Below, one piece after another: positions 54,501 to 64,000 of a stretch of DNA of 64,000 nucleotides. Made by a program: the position numbers and the translations under genes. The notes under the pieces are model-generated. The model did not search any database and was not told where the DNA came from. It was given only the letters and a program-made list of their open reading frames with translations. Position 1 is the first letter of the stretch; each line of letters begins with the position of its first letter. Source of the stretch: Amphiscolops sp. MND2022 (taxonomy: Eukaryota). Location of the stretch: the NCBI GenBank assembly GCA_964187785.1, contig OZ076409.1, positions 61,072,001 through 61,136,000 on the forward strand. The letters are read 5' to 3'.

Positions 54501-54955
54501 AACAAGCGGTGATCGGCCCAAGTCGGCGCCATATCTAAGGCTCAAAAATACCAAAAGGACTTCAAAATGTCAAAGTATTGGTGAATTGGGGACCCTTTTA
54601 TGATTTCTTTTTCGAAAAAAGTCTCACAATGCCGAAAAAAACTGAAAGGGAGGACCGTTTGGGATTTTTCAAAATCCATTCTGTCCAAAAATATCAAAAA
54701 ATTGAAGGTGGGACCCTTCGGTGAAAAAAAAATTTTCGAAAAAAAGTCTCACAGAGCCGAAAAAAACTCTTTGGCCCCGTTGAGTTTCTTAAATGATATA
54801 AAAATACTACTTCGTAAGCTAAGAATTGTAAGAAGTTACGAAATTGAGAAATTGTAAGATTGTAAGAATTGTAAGAAAAGTGGACCATTCAGCGTGAGAT
54901 TGTCAGCTGAAAAAGAAACAAGACGGGAACTTCTAAAGTCGGCGCTATATCTAAG
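54501..54955 (+). mobile_element. Helentron/HINE-like repeat copies, the second interrupted by the LTR at 54956
   Basis: AACAAG...CCCAAGTCGGCGCCATATCTAAGGCTC at 54501. A second head ...AGTCGGCGCTATATCTAAG is cut exactly before TGTCATGCC. Confidence 0.65.
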
Positions 54956-57202
54956 TGTCATGCCAGCATGATGGAAATATAATCTACTAAATATTTGTAA
55001 TGTAAATATTATGTCTTATGTACTTAGATATGGGCAATATGATGTCATATAATAAGAGCCATGGTTGTGAGCAACCCTACGTTACTTGTACCTTAATCCC
55101 TATCCCCCCTGAGTTTGAGCTATATATATTTACTTATTACTGAGCGCTCTAATTCCGGTGTCCGCACAAAATGATCTTGCCAATAGCTTTTAATGTGCTA
55201 TCTTATTCAATATTGGTTTGTCACGATAAGGGAGAGAAGTTTTCCGGTCAGACTGGACCGAGAGATGTAGAAATAATGAAATCTGTAACTTCTACTAGCT
55301 CCCTCGCCTCAGGACTTGTAGTCGTGACGAATTTCAGAAAAAGTTCATCACTAATCCATCAGCGGACTTAGTGATACTACAGCTTGATTTATTAGTGAAA
55401 TTACAGTGCTATATTATCAAAGTTCATCGCAATCACATCGCCAAGATTGCGGGTGAACAAAAATTGGGACATTTATTTGATTTCATTTAATGATCCATCA
55501 GCGGATCTCACGGGACTTTAAAATGCATGAAAACCATCCCATACTCATCGCCGTTTTGTGATTATTAACCTTCAATATGCTTCTCATTTCTTAAAAGAGC
55601 ATAACACATCTATATTTCATCGTCCTGACTAGTAACAATAAGAAATGAGAAAGTACATCCTTAATTCATCCTAAAAAAGAGTGAAGTGCTGGATAACTGT
55701 TTTATTAGACTAATTCATCACTAGTTCATCGTAAATTCATCGCTAGTTCAACTTGCGCTAGAATTAGCCAAATTTTCAGTTGAGTTCATCCTAAACTCAT
55801 CGTTGGAATTCGATTCATTAGATTTTGCTGTTTTATTGAATGTATTCATCCTAAAGTCATCGTATATTTGTCTTTACTGTAGAATTGGTTGTTTCACCTG
55901 TTTTATCGACTGAATTCATCCTGAATTCATCGTTATTTTCACTAGTGCTGGAAATTAGCTATTTTCGAGGAGAGTTCATCCTTTTACCATCGTCGATTTA
56001 AATTGTGCTGGAAATCGTTCATTTCGAAGAGAGTTCATCCTTTTATCATCGTCATTTTAAATAGTGTTGATTTCCGAGCGAGAAAGACTACCATTCATCG
56101 CATTTTCATCCAGAGCTAAACTATACTTGGAAATCAGCGAATATTCTTACAAGTTCATCGCATTTCCATCTTCGAGTTTTAAATCATTGATTTTGGTGCT
56201 AGAATCAGCGGAAAACATCGTTTTCCCATCCCAAAGTGTGCTTTACTCTAAATTTGCTTGAAATTTGTGCGTTATTGAATAATTTGAGTCCATTTTAGTT
56301 ACTATAGAAACCATGATGTTATGTGCAGGCAATTGCGACACTGTAAATTGATGACTAAACGCCATTAACACATGTAGATGTGCCATGGTGCGTGGCCACT
56401 TTGCGGCAGTTCACAACACCGGTCACGTGACTTACCATTTTAACACCAGTGGTAACAGCCAATGAGAAGAGGCTGGTAAGAGATTAGCGTCTTACCAGCC
56501 TGAAAAGACACGTGAACTGCTGTATTTTGGACCGCCATTAGCGATTACTCAGACCGAAATTGCGACAAGCTACTATCCAGTTGAACACCTCACGCCGAAT
56601 TTTACTCGAAAGTACATCTCATTTTCATCTTCAGAAACTATAATACTAAAACTGAGTAATTTCTTTTGACGCACTTACAACTGCGATGAACATTGGATGA
56701 ACTTTCCTATTCACCTTACTAATTTCCTGCTACTTTCTTTACGACTTGTTTATTTGTACTAGTCATCGATAAAACATCTCTGTTCAAACTTAGTGAATTA
56801 AAGATCGTAAAACCAGATAAAATAACAAAAATACATCGCAATAACATCTCAGATAATCCAGTCTTCACTCATAATTCTTTTCTCCCATCTCTATGAACCC
56901 AGATCTAGGCACTGAACTCAGAAGCGGAAGAATTATTAGTTCCTCGTTAGAAAGACCTGTTCCAACGGATCCAGACATGGCTCAGTCCTCTGCCAATGAC
57001 TCCGATAGTAACGAAACTTCTGATATCTCGTCTCAGTTATCTGAAATAAAAGAGAGTTATGAAAGAAAGATAAACGAGTTACAAAATGAGTTTAGTCAAC
57101 TGAAGGACTTAATGATGGCTGTCATAAGTAAGACAGACACCGAAAACCGACAATCAACTTCGAAAAGTCCTTCAAAGCCGGCCCACACAGTTGGGCTCGA
57201 CA
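54956..57202 (+). repeat. Putative 5' LTR (~2.25 kb)
   Basis: Starts with TG where a known repeat head is interrupted. Imperfect terminal inverted repeat. Ends in CA directly before a PBS-like TGG. The second LTR is not available for confirmation. Confidence 0.65.
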
Positions 57203-58398
57203 TGGTGACAGGAGCAACAGAAACCCGCTCCACCCGCCCAACAACCAGCTTCACCAACTTCAGAAGTTACCAAGAAGACGATTCAGACGAAGGAGAATCA
57301 ACCCCCAGAAGCAATGAGGAACGACTACTCAATGCAATCGAGACGATCCCCCAACGGATCAAAAACACAACCACCAACACGAAGCTTCTGCAGACACACG
57401 TGCCAAATTTCAGAGGCCAAAAAGACAAATTCGTCGAATTTGAGCACCTTCTCCTCAACCACCTTAGCCCGCTTGCCAACAAAATCACCGAGGAGAACAA
57501 ACTACACTTCTTTCAAAGCCTTTTGAGAGATGACGCAATAGAATACTGGCAATCCATCCAGATAACGCCAATGACAACACTAAAGGATGTACTCGACCTC
57601 TTCAGAAAAGAATTTGCAAAAGAGGATCTAAAGGAAGTGGCCCGTTACAAATGGGATCAAGCACGCTATGATCCCACAACAGAAACATTCGGAGATTTCC
57701 TCAAAAATCTCAAGAAGACTGCCAAACAAGCCTTCGGCAATGAGGCCGACAGAATAATCAAAATGTTCCTGTTTGGAAAACTGCCAGTCGAGATTCAACA
57801 AGAGCTCACTATGGCAAACAAAGAAGAGAGCTCCCCAGAGGAAATCAAAACCTACCTAATGCGAAAATACCAGTACCAGCAGTACGTCGCGCCACCTACG
57901 GCAATCCAACCATTTAACGCGGTCACCTCCTCAGCACCACCTACGATTACAACGACGAAGCCCACAACAACAACGACGACCACGCAACCGACAGAACGAA
58001 AACGATTTGAGGGACAATGTTTCTACTGCGGAAAGACAGGACACCGCAAAACGGAATGTCGCGCCCGACAACGAGACGAAGCGAACGGCATAAAGAAGAA
58101 GGATGCAATCCCAATGAAGAAAGCAGCCGATCCAGATAAGCCGAAATATAATCCAAAATTGGTCTGCCAGATTTGCGGTTACACAGGCCACTCAGCAAGG
58201 GATTGCAGACGACGCGTCCCTAAAGAAAGCAGTTCTGCATATGGAAAGATTCCATACGCAACGAATTCACAAGATGACAACAAAACTAGAAGACAAGATT
58301 TAAAACGACAACAAAAACCGATGAACCCTATGCAAGCAGTTGCCGAAGAAGAAGACCAAGAAAGCTACTCTGATGAAGACATAAATCAGGGTTTTTGA
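56893..58398 (+). CDS. gag: Gag with two CCHC zinc knuckles
   Basis: 501-aa ORF with CFYCGKTGHRKTEC and CQICGYTGHSARDC, and a capsid-like region VPNFRG...FFQSLLRDDAIEYW. Confidence 0.93.
   Translation: MNPDLGTELRSGRIISSSLERPVPTDPDMAQSSANDSDSNETSDISSQLSEIKESYERKINELQNEFSQLKDLMMAVISKTDTENRQSTSKSPSKPAHTVGLDMVTGATETRSTRPTTSFTNFRSYQEDDSDEGESTPRSNEERLLNAIETIPQRIKNTTTNTKLLQTHVPNFRGQKDKFVEFEHLLLNHLSPLANKITEENKLHFFQSLLRDDAIEYWQSIQITPMTTLKDVLDLFRKEFAKEDLKEVARYKWDQARYDPTTETFGDFLKNLKKTAKQAFGNEADRIIKMFLFGKLPVEIQQELTMANKEESSPEEIKTYLMRKYQYQQYVAPPTAIQPFNAVTSSAPPTITTTKPTTTTTTTQPTERKRFEGQCFYCGKTGHRKTECRARQRDEANGIKKKDAIPMKKAADPDKPKYNPKLVCQICGYTGHSARDCRRRVPKESSSAYGKIPYATNSQDDNKTRRQDLKRQQKPMNPMQAVAEEEDQESYSDEDINQGF
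57203..57214 (+). promoter_or_regulatory. Primer-binding site, tRNA-Leu-like
   Basis: TGGTGACAGGAG immediately after ...GACA. Resembles the common tRNA-Leu PBS TGGTGTCAGGAG. Confidence 0.6.
58389..58395 (+). promoter_or_regulatory. -1 ribosomal frameshift slippery site G GGT TTT
   Basis: CAG GGT TTT TGA ends gag. The -1 frame GGG TTT TTG ATT CCG is the pol frame. Confidence 0.8.
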
Positions 58399-61300
58399 TT
58401 CCGCCACGATTTCCGTCCGCTACCAACGACACGCGCGACAAACGACTTACGACTCAACAACAGACTCACAACCGTCCAATGAAGAAATGGCAGCCTTCAC
58501 TGGACAAACGACCAAAAGCTGACGACGTCTATCAGCGAAGACTTTCCAACGATGAAAAAGCGATGAGAAATGCACGTCAACTCAACGGCAGCCGCTTTTC
58601 TCCACTCGCTGAAATCAACGATGAACAAACGATGAACTGGCAACCAAACACCATGAGGCAGGTGGAAGATGCCAAAGAGATGGAAACCCACTATCTAGAC
58701 GACGACTCGACTACACACTCAACAATCGACAAACGGCTTAGTATTAAAAAACATGCACAACAGAGTAGTATTAACATTTCAAAAGCTAAAAAACATGCAA
58801 CTAAAACAGAAATTCACGTTCTCAGTCCCACTTTACATTTAAACAAGAAAGATAAAATGCTTTACGTCCCTCTTCAGTTTGACAAATACGAAAACAGCGC
58901 ACTTTTAGACACAGGCGCAATACAAAGTGCAATGTCTGAAGCCGAATTGCGAAAAATAACAACGGCTCATCCAGAAGCCATCCTTCAAGAATTCCCCCCT
59001 CCGAATTTCAAAATTCAGATAGCAAACGGGAACTTAGTCCCAGTGCGTAAGCAAGTCTTACTTAGATTTTACGTTGCTGGAAAAGTATTTGAAGAAACGT
59101 TCCTAATCCTTCCAACAATGGGAACAATTTTAATTGGAATGTCCTTTTTTGAAAAGTACTCAGTCAACTTAGACATCAAAAACCACCTTGTCCACTTCCC
59201 TAATCACATGATGTCCATGCAAGTTAGACAGCAAAAGAACAACAGATTCAAAACTGGTTTAATTGATTTGTGTTCCAGTACTAGAACAGTGATCCCTCCT
59301 CTCCATCAAGTGATGATACAGGTCCACAGTGACGCGGACATCTCACTTACAACTGGTACAGTTGAGGGCTCACCTGGATTCATGCGAAAGACGTGTTTGC
59401 TTGTTTCTCCACCTTTGGTTGACCTAGACGAGGGCAAGACGACAATCCAGGTCACCAACCCAAACAACCACACGTACACACTTGAAGCCAACACCACTCT
59501 GGCACACTTTCGCATCCCGACACCACACCAGGCGGCAAACATCACGCCCATGCCAGTGGAGCACTTGAACTTGATCACCAAGTACCCAGATGAAGCCGAA
59601 GCAGTGATCAACCAACTGTTCGTGAACCCTGAAATGAAATCAACCAAGTGGTACCCAACTCCCGAGACGTGCAGTGAGCCAGACAAACTCAACGCAATTG
59701 AGCGACGGATTTATGATGAGATTCTGGCACTGCGAGAGCTCGAAAAGCTTGACCCGTCCCAATCCGATGAACAACGGATGAATTTCCTGAAGAACTTCAA
59801 CTGGGACGACTCGCTTCTTACTCCGTCTCAACGGTTACAGGTAGAGGAGTTGCTGGTAAAGTACAACTCCATTTTTGCTAGACATCGTTTTGATATTGGC
59901 ATGAACACTGATTTTAAAGTTAAGTTAACACCTCAACATGAAGAACCTGTTTATTCACAAAGTCTCCCGACTCCGACAAATTTGAAGGACGATTTGCTCG
60001 TGGAGTTAGCTCTAATGCAAGAGTACGGGATTATAACTACTTTGCCTCACAGCAAATACTCTTCCCCGATATTTGCTTAGCGTAAACCTAATGGTAAATT
60101 GAGGATTTTAGTTGACTTGAGAAGAATAAACCACCTGATCAAAAACGATTACGGTGAGCACAATCATCCCGTAACAACAATTGCTGACGCTGCCCAACAC
60201 ATGGCCGGGAAAAAGTACTTCTGCAAACTTGACTGTTCCCAGGCCTACCATTGCATTCCAATGGCTGATGAGCAATCTGTCCAACTGTTATCGTTTAATT
60301 TTGGGTCTAGAATTTTTGCATTTTTACGTCTAGCACAAGGTCTTAATCGTTCTTTGTCAGCATTCACAGGAGTAATCCGTGAGTATTTGGACCCCTTGGT
60401 CAAAGCGGACCGCTGTGCCCAATATGTTGACGATATTGGAATTGCAGCACACTCACCCGAAGAATTGATTACTAACCTTGAACTTGTTTTCCAACAATTG
60501 CACAAAGCTGGTCTTAAACTTAGCATGAGTAAATGTGAATTTGGACAAAAACAAATTGAGTACTTGGGAAAAACCATTTCTAGCACTGGTATTGCTCCCA
60601 TTGAAAAACGCGTAACAGACTATTTAACCAAGTTGAAACCCCCCAATTCAGTGAAAGCGTTGCAACGTTATCTTGGTTTTGTAAACTTTTACAGGTCTTA
60701 TATTCCCCGTCTAGCTGATAAAACTTGTTGTTTACAAGAACTCATCAAGAAAGACGTCCCTTTCAAGCTGAACCAACAACATAAAGATGCTATTTTTGAA
60801 ATTAATGAAAGTTTGTTAAAAGCAACAAAAGTGTCTCTGAAATTGCCATTACCAGATAAACAATTGGTAATCATGTGTGACGCCAGCGAACACGCTGCCG
60901 GCTATGTGTTGTTAATCGAGGATTATGCAGACCCGTCAGTCAAACATACATACGCCCCTGTTGCATTTGGCTCTAAGAAATTTCAGGGCGGCCAGATGTC
61001 TCTAACAATGTATGCCAAAAAGTTTTTAGCTATGCACTTTGCCTTCGATGAATTTGGCCACATTTTGTGGGGTGCGAAAAAACCCATCATTGTTATGACT
61101 GACAATAAGGCCTTGACTAGATTTTTTCAGGCGAAACATATCCCGCCTTCACTTTGGAATTTTTGTGACCAAACCCTTCAGTTCAATTTTTTACTAGCAC
61201 ATGTACCAGGAGTTGAAAATCCCGCAGCGGATTACTTATCTCGGCTTGAGATTAGACCTGAAGACCGTGTACATTTAAAATTGACTGATACTATTCCAAT

Positions 61301-63488
61301 TCACAGAATCGAGATCGACATCGCCTCCCGTACACCAAAACAGGAGGAAGACGAGCCTGATTACTTTCCCACGAGCGAACCACTCAGATGCAAACGCCAG
61401 AAGGATGTCAAAGAGATGAAATTGGCAACTGGCACTGACGTGGCTCATGACGATGGGAAAGGGATGAAGTTCACCAACTGTGAGAGAACAGCGGCCTCAG
61501 ATGACTTCGCGACTGACAACCATCTGACGTACCGCCTCACAGACGTGGACGAGCCGATTCAACTCTCGCAATTCATCCGTAAAGTAACACTATCACACCC
61601 GGTAATGAGTCAGGTTAGCCCCGCTGAGGGGATCGATCTAATTCAGGTCCAGAAAAATAACTGGGTTATTCAAAAAATGATTAGATTTTTAGAAGGTACT
61701 GAAATTTTGCAACACCCAGTTAATACGCAAGATCAGTTTTTTCAAAAGTTGCACAAAAACCGAAAACGCCTACAAGTTGTAAACGGTGTCTTGTACAGAC
61801 AGTTTTTTGATCACACGGGACTGGAGTCTCACAAGCAGTTAGTTGTTCCTGAAGACTGTATTTTAAAAATAATTAAGACTCTACATAACAGCCCGGTACA
61901 AGGACACCCTGGTTTAAAGAAAATGTTGCACGAACTTCGTAAAAGATATTACTCTCCTAACTTAGCCTGTAAAGTTCAAAAAGTCCTTGACGGATGCGAA
62001 AACTGCATGAAATCTAGAAGTGTAAAAGAAACGCAACTACGTCCACCGTTACAAAAAATCTACGACCCGTGCGACGGACCAGAAGACCTGTTGGAAATAG
62101 ACATCGTTGGTCCACTCCCGGCGTCGAACGGTTTTACACACATTCTGACGGCTGTTGACGTTTTTTCACGCTACCTGTTCGCCGTTCCGCTGAAGAGACC
62201 TGATACACATTCCGTAGTCAGAGGATTACTGTCGATCTTCACAAAACACGCGTATGTGCCCAAACACATTCTGACGGACAAGGGCACGGCGTTCACGGCT
62301 GAACTTCTGTCTGAAATCGCGAAAGCGGCTGATATTCACATCTCCCATGCCACGATAAAGCACGCGCAGACAATAGGCATGGTGGAGAGAACGCACGCGA
62401 AACTGAAAAAGATCCTTAAAATTAGTGTAAACGCAGACAGACCACAATGGGACCGCTATGTCGACATAGCAATCATGGCCCATAACACAACGTATCATGA
62501 TTCACTGAAATGTTCACCAACTGAAATTTTCCACGGAAGAACACCATACAACTCACTAGATCTGCAATTCCGAAACGCAAACAAACCGGCTGAAACAAAG
62601 TGCAAGGACGTGAACGAAATTCTAGACAAAATGAATTTTATCTTAAGAGACAATCTAGATAACATCATTTCCGCCTATCACAAGTACAAAACGTACTATG
62701 ATAGAAAAGCACGAGCACAACCACTGAAGGTGAACGAATTTGTATTCCTACTAGACCCTAAGTACGACTCTCAGAGAAGCAAAGAAGAGTTTAAAACTTT
62801 CCACTGGAAAGGACCGTACAAGGTGATGAAAGTGCTATCCGATAGCAACTACATCATCCGCAAAGTAGGCACACATAAAACTCAGTGCGTACATCGCATG
62901 CGACTGAGATTGTTCAAACCGGAATTTCCGATTGATGATATCAACGTGTCCAAGCATCTTTACCCAGACACTGAAAGGGTTGAAGACACGGACATATTCG
63001 ATTCGAATATTCCGACAACCGACGACGTAGATCAGAACGAGAACGACAATCTAGATCAAGACTTAGTCGAAGATGAACCTTCAGCAGAAATAGTTCCACC
63101 AGTACAAGAGCGACACAGTCCACAAGTATTTCCACCAGAAATAACCACGAGAATAGAATATCAAAAAGTAGAAACTGACCACAACAACTTTAGACCACCT
63201 ACAGTTAGATTTGGAACGCGAGAAGAAATTATTCTACCGCCTCCCCGCGATGAGAGTAGGATAAGAGTACCTCTGAGAGACGAACAACACGAAAATCAGT
63301 CACAACAGACAAACACGCAAGATGAAGATGAAGAAAGGATGAGTTCTAGACCGTCTAGATCAAATCAAAGTAGGTACAGGTTACGCGAGAACCCTACACC
63401 GAAAACGTATCCAGACTTCCTCATTCATGAGATTACTTCAGCTAGAAACGCACTGAGAAAGACCAACAAAATAGACGTAACGATTTAG
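58395..63488 (+). pseudogene. pol: Pol (protease, RT, RNase H, integrase) with one in-frame stop
   Basis: LLDTGA, YVDD, CDAS, HNSPVQGH..CENC, EIDIVG/TDKG/VERT, GPY. Single TAG at 60078-60080 in IFA*RKPNGKLR, with both halves in the same frame. Confidence 0.95.
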
Positions 63489-64000
63489 CCAAGAAAAGTC
63501 TCATTTTAAATTTGAGATGTGTTACGGATGAACAAATCACAAAAACGAACGAATTACATGCAATTTTAACTTAAAGAACACATGAAGATGTAAAATGGAT
63601 GAAAAGTTACTAAAAATCACATGAAAAACGCATACAAACAAAACGCGATGTAAAACGGATGAAAAACGATCAAAAAACCAGAAAAAACAACCATAAAAAT
63701 TTCGAGATGAAAAAAGGATGAAACCACATGAAAATTTAGCTCAGACACACGAGAGATGAAAAAGTGATGAACTCAGTCAAAAATTCGACCAATCAACATG
63801 CAATATTTACTAGCGATGCATTTGAGATGGAAAGTACCATCAGAATGCGAACGCACCCACGTCCATGCTATCATAAGACTCTAGCTCGGCTAGAGGATGA
63901 AATAGCGATGAACTTGAACCAATTATTCATAAAATACATGAAATCAATCAATAAGATGAATTTGTGATGGACACTACCATCAAATCGTGACCGAATTTAT

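Larger units (their letters stand above)
38381..54502 (+). repeat. Copy B of the large direct duplication
   Basis: See copy A. Lacks the MITEs, solo LTR and LINE of copy A, and has its own internal tandem duplication. Confidence 0.95.
54956..64000 (+). mobile_element. Near-intact Ty3/Gypsy LTR retrotransposon, 3' LTR outside the window
   Basis: gag + pol in PR-RT-RH-IN order. Putative 5' LTR 54956-57202 (TGTCATGCC ... GGCTCGACA) followed by TGGTGACAGGAG. Confidence 0.9.

Noticed and set aside
55700..56235. CRISPR-like repeat/spacer appearance
   Set aside because: Repeats are degenerate, linkers resemble one another (GTGCTGGAAAT), there are no cas genes and the context is a eukaryotic LTR.
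59270..59520. dUTPase between protease and RT
   Set aside because: Beta-rich linker without recognisable dUTPase catalytic motifs; cannot be supported without a profile search.
60078..60080. Programmed stop-codon readthrough
   Set aside because: The stop lies inside a conserved RT block, and a single C>T change explains it.
63489..64000. env-like third ORF
   Set aside because: Only a 67-aa ORF in repeat-like sequence, with no signal peptide or transmembrane segment.

Overview
AT-rich, repeat-dense eukaryotic (invertebrate-like animal) genomic DNA with a 200-N scaffold gap at 33474-33673. It is almost entirely transposable elements: several Ty3/Gypsy LTR retrotransposons (one complete but frameshifted element with a TSD, one near-intact element running off the right edge, two decayed minus-strand elements), solo LTRs, a 5'-truncated CR1/L2-type LINE, MITE-like DNA transposons (Tc1/mariner, CACTA-like, Mutator) and an abundant Helentron/HINE-like repeat. 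The block ~7.6-25.6 kb recurs in direct orientation at ~38.4-54.5 kb on the other side of the gap, so filled and empty insertion sites can be compared directly. The only recognisable host coding sequence is one STUM-like exon (26550-26746, minus strand). The most unusual element is the Gypsy at 54956 onward. Its gag ORF appears to begin inside a ~2.25-kb LTR and read through the LTR/PBS junction, it has a G GGU UUU -1 frameshift site, and it carries a ~60-bp-period TCATC motif array mirrored in the opposite orientation after pol. All family assignments come from motif recognition by eye, not from database searches.
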